NCBI GenBank assembly: GCA_042217555.1
Contig: JBDGSL010000077.1
Coordinates: 8,521 to 54,876 of the forward strand
Direction: 5' to 3'
Length of the DNA: 46,356 nucleotides
Source: Candidatus Nanohalobium sp.
Lineage (GTDB): Archaea; Nanohalarchaeota; Nanosalinia; Nanosalinales; Nanosalinaceae
Shown here: one piece after another, positions 28,637 through 38,450 of the stretch
Layout: every line of letters starts with the position of its first letter
How positions within the stretch are numbered: position 1 is the first letter of the stretch
The notes under the pieces: model-generated
Databases searched by the model: none
The model's input: only the letters and a program-made list of their open reading frames with translations
Told to the model about the DNA's origin: nothing
Made by a program: the position numbers and the translations under genes

Positions 28637-28872
28637 AATCGTTTTCTCACCTGTTCATCCCTGTAGTCATCTATAGTTTTTCCAAGCCGGCCGATCTCCC
28701 CTGAAAGTTCTTCAGCAAACTTCACAAAGGACTCACTTCCTCCTTCAATAACAACTCTGCCGTCCTCAACCGAGAACAAAACATCTGAATCAGGCAGAAT
28801 ACCCAACTCCTCCCGGATATCCTTCGGAAGCGTTACCTGACCGCGCTCACCGACACTCCTCCTAACCTTCAT
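28633..28872 (-). CDS. AbrB/MazE/SpoVT family antitoxin
   Basis: VGERGQVTLPKDIREELGI; 4-nt overlap with vapC. Confidence 0.9.
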   Translation of the reverse strand: MKVRRSVGERGQVTLPKDIREELGILPDSDVLFSVEDGRVVIEGGSESFVKFAEELSGEIGRLGKTIDDYRDEQVRKRL

Positions 28873-28883
28873 TCATACTCACC

Positions 28884-28900
28884 ATATGAAAAATTCATAT
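28884..28900. promoter_or_regulatory. Inverted repeat, probable antitoxin operator
   Basis: ATATGAA-AAA-TTCATAT between a TATAAG box (28908-28913, minus strand) and the antitoxin start. Confidence 0.55.
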
Positions 28901-28969
28901 CCGCAATCTTATATGAGTTCGGGAGGGTTCGGAAACAGAATAAAAGAATAGGACTCAAGTTCAAAAATT

Positions 28970-29165
28970 ATGATAGATGTCTGGACTCGAAAGTCTGACA
29001 CGGCTTTCTGCGACCAAGGTGATCAAAAATGATTGATGTTTGGAATCGAAGCGAAGATTCAGGAAATCTTCTGGAAGAAGTTTCAAAAATCGAAACTTCG
29101 TACTTCGCTTCTTGGTTCCAAGCACTATCAGCTGAGGTGAAAATCAGATGATTGATGTCTGGACT
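28970..29165 (+). repeat. Triplicated rfcS 5' end separated by hairpin-rich inserts; creates uORFs 28970-29032 and 29029-29151
   Basis: ATGATAGATGTCTGGACT (28970), ATGATTGATGTTTGGAAT (29029), ATGATTGATGTCTGGACT (29148). Confidence 0.85.
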
Positions 29166-30098
29166 GAAAAACATAGGCCGGATACGTTAAGCGAAGTTGT
29201 TGGACAGGAAAACATTACTGAAAGACTGGAAGCATTCGTAGAGGAGGACGAAGTACCCCACATGCTCTTTGCCGGGCCAGCAGGAACAGGAAAAACGACC
29301 TCAGCAATCGCATTAGCTAAAGACCTGTACGGGGACTCCTGGAAGGACAACTTCATGGAGACTAACGCATCCGACGAGAGAGGGATTGATGTAGTGAGGG
29401 AAAAGATCAAGAACTTTGCCCGCACCAAGTCTATGGGCGCAGATTACAAGATTATTTTCCTGGATGAAGCCGACGCACTTACCAGCGACGCACAGCAGGC
29501 CTTGAGAAGGACTATGGAGCAGTTTTCGGAAAACTGTCGTTTCATACTCTCTTGCAACTACTCCTCGAAGATTATCGACCCTATACAGTCCCGGTGTGCT
29601 GTCTTCAGGTTCAACCGGCTGGAAGAGAAAGAGGTCAAGAGCTATATCGAGAGGCTTGGCAGAGAGGAGGGCTTCAAGATTTCTGAAGACGCTGTGGATG
29701 CTGTTATGCGTGTGGCAGAAGGTGATTTGAGACGTGTAACTAATATTCTGCAGACGGCTTCCATCAACAGTGATGAGATCGGTGAAGAAGATATTTACGG
29801 CATTGCGGCGTCTCTGAGACCGGATGAGATAAGAGAGATTCTGGAAGATGCTCTAAGCGGCGACTTTATGGATGCCAGGGATACACTGGCCGACTTGATG
29901 ATTGACAGAGGGCTTGACGGCCAGGATGTTATCGATTCAGTGCATAGAGAAATCTTTGATCTTGATGTCTCTGAGAGAGCGAAGCTTGAGATTATCGAAA
30001 ATCTGGGAGAGTTCGAGTTCAGGATCAGCGAGGGTGGCTCGGCGGATATACAGATAGAGGCCTTCCTGGCGCAGATGGCAGATCTGGAGAACAACTGA
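29148..30098 (+). CDS. rfcS: Replication factor C small subunit
   Basis: WTEKHRP, GPAGTGKT, NASDERG, DEAD, QALRRTME, SRC. No intein. Confidence 0.97.
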   Translation: MIDVWTEKHRPDTLSEVVGQENITERLEAFVEEDEVPHMLFAGPAGTGKTTSAIALAKDLYGDSWKDNFMETNASDERGIDVVREKIKNFARTKSMGADYKIIFLDEADALTSDAQQALRRTMEQFSENCRFILSCNYSSKIIDPIQSRCAVFRFNRLEEKEVKSYIERLGREEGFKISEDAVDAVMRVAEGDLRRVTNILQTASINSDEIGEEDIYGIAASLRPDEIREILEDALSGDFMDARDTLADLMIDRGLDGQDVIDSVHREIFDLDVSERAKLEIIENLGEFEFRISEGGSADIQIEAFLAQMADLENN

Positions 30099-30104
30099 GG
30101 TATT

Positions 30105-30743
30105 ATGAGGGTTGCTGTTGACCTTGAGGATGTCTTGGTAGACTGCAACAGCAGGTTTATCGAGAGGTTGAACTTTTTCATCGAAAAGAGGTTTCCTGGT
30201 TCCGGCCTGGAGTTTCAGAGATCTGATATCTCGGGGTGGGCCTATGATGGTGTGCGAGAGCCTTTCTCAGAGTTGATGGGCTGGGAGACAGACCAGGTCA
30301 GAAAGTTTATGTACGGTCATGGAGACTGGAAGGGTTACATACCGATAACCGAAGAGATATGGAGAGAGGAAACAGGAAGTATCCCGTGGATCGATGAAAA
30401 CCTGGAAAAGAATATCCAGCTGCTTCGGGAAAAAGTTAAGACGGAGAACGGCCAACTGCACCTGGTAACGGCCCGGAGAAGATGCGATAACTCCATAAAG
30501 CAGAAGCTGGGGGAGAAACATCTGGAAAGGTACTTTGACAAAATCGTTATAGAGTCGGAGAAACATGAGCTGGACTATGACTTTTACATCGACGATAACC
30601 CCGGTCTCTATCCAAAACTAGAGAGTGGAAAGGTACAGCTGGTCAGGATTCAACCGTGGAACAGGGATAAACAGGTTCAGACACCGCACAGAAAAATAGG
30701 TAGTATCAGCGAATCAGTTGAGGTGATCCAAGATCTGGACTGA
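30105..30743 (+). CDS. HAD-superfamily 5'(3')-deoxyribonucleotidase-like protein
   Basis: VAVDLEDVL, LVTARR, K...FYIDDNP, QPWN. Confidence 0.75.
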   Translation: MRVAVDLEDVLVDCNSRFIERLNFFIEKRFPGSGLEFQRSDISGWAYDGVREPFSELMGWETDQVRKFMYGHGDWKGYIPITEEIWREETGSIPWIDENLEKNIQLLREKVKTENGQLHLVTARRRCDNSIKQKLGEKHLERYFDKIVIESEKHELDYDFYIDDNPGLYPKLESGKVQLVRIQPWNRDKQVQTPHRKIGSISESVEVIQDLD

Positions 30744-31923
30744 AAAATACAGGCCTTCAACACTTTCAGAGTACAGAGGTGCTTCCAGCGAGAAGGAAGA
30801 GTTGCGAGAGTGGGCTGAGAGCTGGGAGCAGGGCGATAAACCTGTGCTGCTGCACGGCCAGGCCGGGACCGGGAAGACTTCACTGGTTGAAGCATTGGCG
30901 AACGACCTTGGTTTTGAACTGGTTGAGACCAACGCGTCGGACGTCCGGACTAAGAAAAAATTGAAGGAGGAGTTGAAGGAGGCGACGCGTCAGGCCTCGT
31001 TTTTCGGCGGGAAGAAACTGATACTTGTCGATGAAGTAGATGGTATGTCAGGGAACTCCGACAGAGGTGGTGTCCAGGAGATAGGACGTATCATCGATGA
31101 GTCCCGTTTTCCTGTTGTGATGACAGCGAACGATGCCTACGATCAGAGCATCCGTTCGTTAAGAAACAAGGCGAAGGAGATCAAGCTGGATTCCGTGCAT
31201 ACTAACAGCATAGCGGCTTATCTGCGTAAGATTCTTGACAATGAAGGAATTGAGTATGAGGATGGTGCTCCTAAGAGGATCGCCAGGAGTGCCGGAGGCC
31301 AGATGAGGTCAGCGATAAATGATCTTCAGGCAGCAGCACTTGGGAAAGACAGGTTAACCGTTGATGACGTGAAGCAGCAGGCCTCACGGGATGAAAGACA
31401 GGAAATCTTCGATGCGTTGAAGATAGTGTTCAAGACCACGACAGGTAAGACTGCGAACCAGGCTACGCAGAATCTGGATGAGGACGCGGATACGTTCCTG
31501 CAGTGGATCCGTGAGAACACACCGAGAGAATATGAGAGAGATAGGGATCTGGCCCGGGCGTATCACTGGATTTCCAGAGCGGATCTGTTTAACGGCCGTA
31601 TAAGGAAGAGGATGAACTGGAAACTGATGAAGTACGTGTTCCAGTTCTCCACCGTTGGAGTGGCTCTGGCCAAGGACGAGAAGTACAGCGGGTGGACGAA
31701 GTACCAGTATCCTTCGAAGATCAGGAGGATGGGAAGTTCCCGTGGCGCAAGGAACAGGCTGGACTCTATCTCAGGTAAGCTTGGAGAGAAGCTTCACATG
31801 TCGAAAAACGATGTTAAGGAGGACCTGCCGATGTTCGCTGACTTCCTGGAGAACTACGGAGATCTTCAGCACCAGCTGGAACTGGATGACGAGGAAGTCG
31901 AGTTCATAGAGGACTTCAGCTGA
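30733..31923 (+). CDS. rfcL: Replication factor C large subunit; probable start at ATC 30733
   Basis: GQAGTGKT, NASD, DEVDG. The conserved WTEKYRP lies in frame upstream of the ORF-track TTG start at 30802. Confidence 0.93.
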   Translation: MWTEKYRPSTLSEYRGASSEKEELREWAESWEQGDKPVLLHGQAGTGKTSLVEALANDLGFELVETNASDVRTKKKLKEELKEATRQASFFGGKKLILVDEVDGMSGNSDRGGVQEIGRIIDESRFPVVMTANDAYDQSIRSLRNKAKEIKLDSVHTNSIAAYLRKILDNEGIEYEDGAPKRIARSAGGQMRSAINDLQAAALGKDRLTVDDVKQQASRDERQEIFDALKIVFKTTTGKTANQATQNLDEDADTFLQWIRENTPREYERDRDLARAYHWISRADLFNGRIRKRMNWKLMKYVFQFSTVGVALAKDEKYSGWTKYQYPSKIRRMGSSRGARNRLDSISGKLGEKLHMSKNDVKEDLPMFADFLENYGDLQHQLELDDEEVEFIEDFS

Positions 31924-32242
31924 GGCACGGCGTCTCAATTCTTATGTCTGTGGACTGAAGCGTCACCGTTACACAGGGCTCCGTACTGTTGAACTCAACG
32001 CTTGTCCTGTAACCTTCCATGTAACCCGTCATCTTTCTGAAGTTCCGTTTCTCCTGTTCCGTTATATCTCCATCTCTTGTTATCTTCCCGGCCTCCTGTT
32101 TCAGGTTGTTCAAGTTCTTTGGCAGTTCATCCGTACTGAAATCCTGTGACTGCACATCGGCTATGACAGAGGATATAGCTATGGTTATCAGTCCAGCCAC
32201 CACTGCAGAAACTACCATGAACTGTCCCTTCATCTGCTCCAT
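31916..32242 (-). CDS. Pilin-like protein (class III signal peptide)
   Basis: MEQMKG|QFMVVSAVVAGLI. Confidence 0.75.
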   Translation of the reverse strand: MEQMKGQFMVVSAVVAGLITIAISSVIADVQSQDFSTDELPKNLNNLKQEAGKITRDGDITEQEKRNFRKMTGYMEGYRTSVEFNSTEPCVTVTLQSTDIRIETPCLS

Positions 32243-34005
32243 CTCAGATTCACCTCGTAAGGTATGTATGTCCTGTTCATTATACCGGAAACAGTAGTTG
32301 TTGATATATCCGCCGGGTTGTCACGGCCTCTGAAAGTTACCTTGTCGCCTCGCAGCCAGTGGATCAGGGATGCGACAAGCTTCCGATCCTGCCCGCCGTA
32401 CATGTTTTCGTAGCCTGCCACAGCCATTCTGTCTCCCTGAAAACCGGGGAAAGACGATCTAGTCGCTACCAGCTCCACATGCCTATCACCTACATAGGTA
32501 AAGCCTATGCACTCTCCCTCCGAACAGCCAGGGTTCTCCGAGGCAAGCTTCACATCAACAGCGTACTCTCTGTCAGCTATCCTCACCTTCTCGTAGTTGA
32601 GGTAGGGGCCGTCCCTACTGTCCTGGAAGTCTCCATCCCTGCCTACATCAACCATTATAGCCCTCGAGTTATTGCTGTTACAGTAGCTTTCAGAAGTTCC
32701 AAGCTCTGCGTTAAGTATTCCATAGACCTTCCCATCCGGGAACTCTATCTCTCCGTATCTTAATGCATCCGGGTCAGTGCCGTAACAGCTGCTTTCCGGC
32801 TTCCCCGGATAATTATCAGGGTCAACAGTTTTAAGCGATGAGTTAGTCCTGTTCCACTGTGAGAGATTGTAGTACTTTCCTGTGTTCTGGAAAACTGAGG
32901 GAACAGACTGTACAGTAGTCTCCGAGTTCGATATGACACCAGGAGAATACAGCTCTACATCGTTTTCTTCGCCGTTAAGGCCTTTGAAGTATGTCCTGAC
33001 ATCCTGAGAGCTTCTGGAATCCGAGAAACTTCCCTTTATCTCTCCTGTAGGCGGGTTCTCGTATCCCGTTTCAACCCTGTAGAAACCTGTTTGATCCATG
33101 AAACCTCCATCCTGAAACTGATCTGTGAAACCGGAAAGCACAAGCATAGAGCCGTCTTCACTCATGAAGTTTTTCACAGTACTGAGGTTTGATCCGTCGT
33201 TGATGTCTTCCACGCCAGCTTCGGTCCTGACAACAAGTACATTGAACCGTGAACCGTTTACCTCAGAGAAGTTAACCATATCAATAGAGGCAAATGTTTC
33301 AACGCTGTTCACAGGTTTTTCAAGCTCTTCACGGATCCTTACCGCCTGATCTGCCTTGTAGATATGCAGTTTCTCGTTGTTGACTCTTTCAAAGTCGTAG
33401 AAGTTGCCATCCCAGGAGAATATGTCTTCGAGGAAGTAAGGTCCTTCAGAGCTGGAGAACTGGCACCTGGTACCGTTGTCCACCCAGAGCGAATCGTAGT
33501 CTTTCTCACTGTTTCCTCCAGGATCTCTCGGGTCTATGTCCCCCAGGTAGATACTTGAGCTGTGGCCTGTTACAGGAGACGTGTTGGTCAGTACTTCGTA
33601 CTCGCTTCTCGGAGCTACCTGCTCCAGTTCGTCCTCCGAGCAACCTCCGCTGACATCTGAGACATTGTCCAGTTGTTGTACGTGACGATCCCTGGGTAAG
33701 GTGTAGAAAGCTACCAGGTTCTGCTTTATAGGCAGGTTGGATACGAGACCAGAGACTTCCGCCTTTCTCTCGCTGAGAGTGGTGAAGGCTGTCTGCATGG
33801 AACCTGTTTCTCCATGGCTGAGCGCATGGTCGATGTACCCTGTGGATTTAAGCGCGTAGGTAAGGTCGTCAGCGGCTACCTGTCGACGGAAAGAGTTCCA
33901 GTCCTGGTTGTCCGGAATATTGAGGCCGCCGAGAACAAATATGAATACGGTTGCCACGGCCACTATCGATTCCAGAGCGTATCCTATACCTTTCCTTCTT
34001 ACCAT
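32230..34005 (-). CDS. Large pilin-like/adhesin protein (class III signal peptide)
   Basis: MVRRKG|IGYALESIVAV; 591 aa. Confidence 0.7.
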   Translation of the reverse strand: MVRRKGIGYALESIVAVATVFIFVLGGLNIPDNQDWNSFRRQVAADDLTYALKSTGYIDHALSHGETGSMQTAFTTLSERKAEVSGLVSNLPIKQNLVAFYTLPRDRHVQQLDNVSDVSGGCSEDELEQVAPRSEYEVLTNTSPVTGHSSSIYLGDIDPRDPGGNSEKDYDSLWVDNGTRCQFSSSEGPYFLEDIFSWDGNFYDFERVNNEKLHIYKADQAVRIREELEKPVNSVETFASIDMVNFSEVNGSRFNVLVVRTEAGVEDINDGSNLSTVKNFMSEDGSMLVLSGFTDQFQDGGFMDQTGFYRVETGYENPPTGEIKGSFSDSRSSQDVRTYFKGLNGEENDVELYSPGVISNSETTVQSVPSVFQNTGKYYNLSQWNRTNSSLKTVDPDNYPGKPESSCYGTDPDALRYGEIEFPDGKVYGILNAELGTSESYCNSNNSRAIMVDVGRDGDFQDSRDGPYLNYEKVRIADREYAVDVKLASENPGCSEGECIGFTYVGDRHVELVATRSSFPGFQGDRMAVAGYENMYGGQDRKLVASLIHWLRGDKVTFRGRDNPADISTTTVSGIMNRTYIPYEVNLRWSR

Positions 34006-34832
34006 GCCAGCACCTCCATCCTTACAACTCCTCTGGACGTGCCCTGTGCATCAAGAGCAGCGAAACGGTTAATTTTTGTGACTGTTCCTGCATTCCCCGG
34101 GCGAGGACCGAAGCTTTTCAGATCGTTTTCCAGTATCACCGACGTACCCGGTTTTCTGAAACGGTTCTGAATCTTCTTCACGGTAAACGTATAACTTCCT
34201 ATATCCAGGTTTCCTCCTGGCCCTATACCCCCCGAGTTTTTAAAATCCCAGTCATCCGAGACGTAGACGGTGTCGTAGACACTGTTATGTGCTGTTACAA
34301 GGAATCGGTATTTTGTTCCTGAAACTTTAAGACTTCCGTAGTGTACCCTGTTATTTGCTGTAGCGTAAGTTGAGGTATCAGGTTCAGTGATTTTTGAAGG
34401 TGAATGGGTCTTGATGAAGCTTTTGCTGGTCTCGACGATCGGCATCCACGTGAAGTTGAAGAAGTACTGATGTTCCGGTTCTCTAAGGTCTCTAAACTGG
34501 CTGTAGTTGAACTTGTTCTGTCCTGTAGTGGAGATAGAGTCAAGCTTGTCCATGGATACAATGTGGTAGTCCGAGGCAAGGCCGAACTCGGTCGTGTTAG
34601 CCAGTGTTGAACTGTTTTTCTCCCAGTTGGTTCCTCCAGCGCCAAAGCTGTGTCTCCCCGGTTCCGTGATCATCTGATTTGTCACCGTGTATATCTCCAT
34701 GTTCCTCACTGACTGCTCTACATCGTTCTCAAACTGTGGTACCTTGTTAGATGCAACTGTTAGAGAAGCCATTATAACCAGTGTGAACATCAGCAGGCTT
34801 CCAAGAAACTCCAGTGTTGTCTGTCCCTTCAA
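33999..34832 (-). CDS. Pilin-like protein (class III signal peptide)
   Basis: MKG|QTTLEFLGSLLMF; TTG start. Confidence 0.8.
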   Translation of the reverse strand: MKGQTTLEFLGSLLMFTLVIMASLTVASNKVPQFENDVEQSVRNMEIYTVTNQMITEPGRHSFGAGGTNWEKNSSTLANTTEFGLASDYHIVSMDKLDSISTTGQNKFNYSQFRDLREPEHQYFFNFTWMPIVETSKSFIKTHSPSKITEPDTSTYATANNRVHYGSLKVSGTKYRFLVTAHNSVYDTVYVSDDWDFKNSGGIGPGGNLDIGSYTFTVKKIQNRFRKPGTSVILENDLKSFGPRPGNAGTVTKINRFAALDAQGTSRGVVRMEVLAW

Positions 34833-34838
34833 GATTTT

Positions 34839-35867
34839 CTACAACCCCATTGGCCTGACTATCAGCATGAATGCGATGAACGCCACAGGAAGCATTATGA
34901 TCGCGTGTTTGACACCTGCAGATGGACTTCCTTCACTTATCTGCCCGGCTACAGCCGCTGAACAACCTCCCTGCACTATCAGCATCGTGAACAGAAGTGA
35001 CTTGTAGTACGCCATCTTGCCGTATGCGTAGTTCGTAGCGTAGGTACTCCCAAGATCCGAGACATTAGAAGGTATGAAACCGAAGATCTTGGCCGTACTG
35101 CAGAAAGGACGGGCAGCAAGTATATCCTGGCCGCAGAAGTTGGTAGGTCCTGAACTCCCACCGCCAAGCATGTCCCCTACTCCCTGCAGGGCACCTGACT
35201 CCTGACTTCCCAGGCCCAGCAACTGGGAAAGCATGACGTAAATACCGACAGTGATACCTATGAACAACAGGTAGATGATATACATTATGAACAACTGCTG
35301 TTTAAGCTTTGAACGTTTATCCTGTAGAACCTCCTTCAACTGGGAAGCATTGTCCGCAACTGATTCTATAGTCTCCGTAATGTTTCCTCCGCTCTCAAAG
35401 CTCTGTATAATAATGGAAAGAGATTCCTGTATAACCGGTGAATCGCTCATCCTACGTGAAAACCTTTCCATGACGTCAGGGAAAGGAATACCCCATGTTA
35501 ACTGGTTGTAGACTTTCTCTATCTCAGAGTTCAAACGTCCGTAGTCAGTGTCTTTGGCCGATTCAAAAGACTTCAGTACTGTCATACCTCCTCTCTTCGA
35601 CTCTGCAAGATCATTGAGGAATGAAGGAAACTGGTCTTCCATCTCACGTATAGCCCGGTTCTTCAGGAAGCTTAAAAGGCCGTAAGGCAGTACAGCAGTT
35701 ATAAGACCGAGTATAACCAGTGATCCTCCAAACTGGACTGAACCACCCATGTATATAAACAGGCCTAAGATGCTCAGAACACCTCCAAGCCCGACAGAGG
35801 CAAATATGACCTTGTCCTCTACAGAGTAGCCGGCCTCGTACTCCTCCTCCTGGAAGAAGTCTATCAT
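34839..35867 (-). CDS. Type IV pilus/T2SS F-family membrane platform protein (TadC-like)
   Basis: EMEDQFPSFLNDLAES, YGRLNSE, WGIPF, SGG. Confidence 0.9.
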   Translation of the reverse strand: MIDFFQEEEYEAGYSVEDKVIFASVGLGGVLSILGLFIYMGGSVQFGGSLVILGLITAVLPYGLLSFLKNRAIREMEDQFPSFLNDLAESKRGGMTVLKSFESAKDTDYGRLNSEIEKVYNQLTWGIPFPDVMERFSRRMSDSPVIQESLSIIIQSFESGGNITETIESVADNASQLKEVLQDKRSKLKQQLFIMYIIYLLFIGITVGIYVMLSQLLGLGSQESGALQGVGDMLGGGSSGPTNFCGQDILAARPFCSTAKIFGFIPSNVSDLGSTYATNYAYGKMAYYKSLLFTMLIVQGGCSAAVAGQISEGSPSAGVKHAIIMLPVAFIAFMLIVRPMGL

Positions 35868-36739
35868 CTTATACCACCCGGCGACATGCCGTCAACAAGG
35901 ATTATAAACATTGCGGATACAACAGGAAGGCCGAAGAAGACAGCAGCCACCTGTATATTTACAAGCAGGGTTGGAGATAGACTTGATGAGAAGGAACTTA
36001 TGACTGCTGTCATCGAAGTAAATATTATAGATCCCACGATTATAAGAGTGATGTACATCTCTACCAGGAGTGAAAGCTGTTCCGAGAACTCTTTAATCCT
36101 TCTCTCGTAGTCGTCCATCAACCGGTCTGATCTTTCCTGCAGGAACTCCTTCAGCGAACCTCCTGTGGTTATAACATGGTTTATACCCCACATCAACTCC
36201 TTGAAGTCTTCACTCGGCGTCCTGTTCGCAGCTCTTTCCAGAGCCTCGCTTTCATCCATGCCAAAAGTTTCTATGTCACGTCGAATCTTTTCTGCTTCTT
36301 TCGACACCTCTCCGTACTCATCCACTTCTGCCAGGTTGCTGAAAACCTCAGGAAGGGAAGTACCTGTCCCTGCCAGCGTCGAAAGGTACATAGTGGCAAA
36401 AGGCAGCGTATCCCTTATCTTGGTGGCTCTGCTCTTCATGATTATACCTGGGTAAAGGTAGAAACCGCCGAAAGTAATCATAGACATGAATATACTGAGT
36501 ATAAGCCCTGTAACTATACCTGCTGCACCCATCGACACCGAGAGCATCAGGCCGAAAAACACCGATGAAGCGGCAAAAACTGCTCCCGAGGTGAAGATCA
36601 TCATGCTGATATACTCTGGCAGGGTCACCTTCACGTTAGCCTTGGAAAGAGTCGGCCTCAAACCTTCAAAATACTGTATAAGAGGGATAGCGAAGCTTCC
36701 CACGGCCCGGTAGCAGAACTCGGCGTAATCTTCAAGCAT
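35864..36739 (-). CDS. Type IV pilus/T2SS F-family membrane platform protein (TadB/C-like)
   Basis: LPFATMYLSTLA, YGEVSKE, RTPS, TTGG. Confidence 0.9.
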   Translation of the reverse strand: MLEDYAEFCYRAVGSFAIPLIQYFEGLRPTLSKANVKVTLPEYISMMIFTSGAVFAASSVFFGLMLSVSMGAAGIVTGLILSIFMSMITFGGFYLYPGIIMKSRATKIRDTLPFATMYLSTLAGTGTSLPEVFSNLAEVDEYGEVSKEAEKIRRDIETFGMDESEALERAANRTPSEDFKELMWGINHVITTGGSLKEFLQERSDRLMDDYERRIKEFSEQLSLLVEMYITLIIVGSIIFTSMTAVISSFSSSLSPTLLVNIQVAAVFFGLPVVSAMFIILVDGMSPGGIR

Positions 36740-38450
36740 CCCTAGGTTCTAATTCCTTCTCCTGAGCATTAAATGTTTGCCCTACCTTCTCCATAACCTC
36801 CTTCGGCTCGGAGTAATACCGTGAGATTATATCACCGACCTCCCTGTAATGCTTTATCTGCTCCTCCTGCATATAGTTCAGGACGTGCTGCTTGTTCCTT
36901 AAATCTCTTTTCAACTTCTCATGCTCCATACCGCTCTGATCCGCGATATTCTTCAACAGCATAGAGTCATTCTCCAAAGTATATTCATCACTGTCAGGAT
37001 CCCAACCGAAAACTTTGTTAGCCTCTATACCCTTCCTTTCATCGTACTCCATCACCTCATACAGCCCTGTGATACGTCTGATATACGTTCCCTCTCGCCT
37101 TATCCTCTTTATAAGCATGATGCAGTCCAGGGTCTCCACAAGGCTCGGAGAGAGATTAATAGGGTCAGTGGTAAGACGGTCCATAAGCATGTCCAGACTG
37201 TCAGCGTGGATAGTACTGAGGCCTGTGTGTCCTGTAGCCATCTGCTGGAAAAGGATGTAAGCCTCCTCACCACGGACCTCACCCACGATTATATATTCAG
37301 GGCGTTGACGCAGAGATTCCTTCAACAGGTTGTCCATTGACACCTCTCCACCGCCCTCAGCCGAGGAACCAAAACCGGAACGTGCGACCTCCGGCACCCA
37401 GTGATCGTGAGGAAGACGCAACTCCGGCGTATCCTCGATCGAAACAATCTTCTTCTCCGGCCGTATAAACAGTGACAGAGCGTTCAGCTGCGATGTCTTA
37501 CCTGCACCGGTAGTACCGCACACCAGCGTAGACATACCGTGCTCAACCAGTGTCCACAGATAGGAAAGCATCTGCGCGTTCTCCGTCTCGAAATCCATCA
37601 TATGCACAGGAGTCAGTGGATCCTCCGTGAAACGCCTGATAGTGAAGTTTGAACCCTTCCTTGCGATATCAGTCGCCAACGTGGCCTGTACACGTGAACC
37701 ATCAGGAAGAGAACCATCCAGCAAAGGACTGGAAACAGATATACTTCTTCCACACCGCTGCGCAAGCTTCATGACAAAACTGTTAAGCTCCTCAGGACTG
37801 TTCCACTCCACACTCGTCTTGACAGATCCATACTCAGGATTCCTGTGATACGCATAAACAGGTATATCAACACCGTCACAGGATATATCCTCGATCTCAG
37901 TGTCGTTCATAAGAGGCTGAAGTTTTCCAAGCCCGGCAAAATCCCTCTTAGTATAGTACCTTACGACCTCCCTCTGCCTGTCATCCAGAGAAATATCGTA
38001 CTTGTCAACTATCATGTCTATCTTGTCAGCCAGGTAATCATCCGCCTCCTGACCCTCTAACTGGCTGAAGTCCACGTCAAAGCTTCTCTCCATTATGTCC
38101 TGTATCCTTTCAACTTTATGCTCCAGATCCGGTGTCAGATCCGGTTCAACGACGTTATAGACCAGCTCTCCTGCTGCCTCATCCCAGGTTATATGGGCCC
38201 ACGCGTACACCAGTTCTCCTTCATCAGGGTCCTCAGGTACAAGAGGATACCTGACATCCACATCACTCAGGTCCTGATCGTCCTCTGTATCCTCAACGTA
38301 ACCTTCCCTGAACTCGCCCGGAACCGGGATCTCAACACCTTCAGTATGCCTTTTCTCCTTTTCTTCCTCGTCCTCTTCATACCATTCAGGGTGCTTCGCT
38401 TTCTGAAGACCCCGTATAATATTCAGCAAACCTGCACTGCCCATATTCAA
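36732..38450 (-). CDS. Type IV pilus assembly ATPase (TadA/VirB11/FlaI family)
   Basis: GTTGAGKT, SIEDTPEL, LRQRPEYIIVGEVRG, TGHTGLSTIHA. Confidence 0.95.
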   Translation of the reverse strand: MNMGSAGLLNIIRGLQKAKHPEWYEEDEEEKEKRHTEGVEIPVPGEFREGYVEDTEDDQDLSDVDVRYPLVPEDPDEGELVYAWAHITWDEAAGELVYNVVEPDLTPDLEHKVERIQDIMERSFDVDFSQLEGQEADDYLADKIDMIVDKYDISLDDRQREVVRYYTKRDFAGLGKLQPLMNDTEIEDISCDGVDIPVYAYHRNPEYGSVKTSVEWNSPEELNSFVMKLAQRCGRSISVSSPLLDGSLPDGSRVQATLATDIARKGSNFTIRRFTEDPLTPVHMMDFETENAQMLSYLWTLVEHGMSTLVCGTTGAGKTSQLNALSLFIRPEKKIVSIEDTPELRLPHDHWVPEVARSGFGSSAEGGGEVSMDNLLKESLRQRPEYIIVGEVRGEEAYILFQQMATGHTGLSTIHADSLDMLMDRLTTDPINLSPSLVETLDCIMLIKRIRREGTYIRRITGLYEVMEYDERKGIEANKVFGWDPDSDEYTLENDSMLLKNIADQSGMEHEKLKRDLRNKQHVLNYMQEEQIKHYREVGDIISRYYSEPKEVMEKVGQTFNAQEKELEPRDA

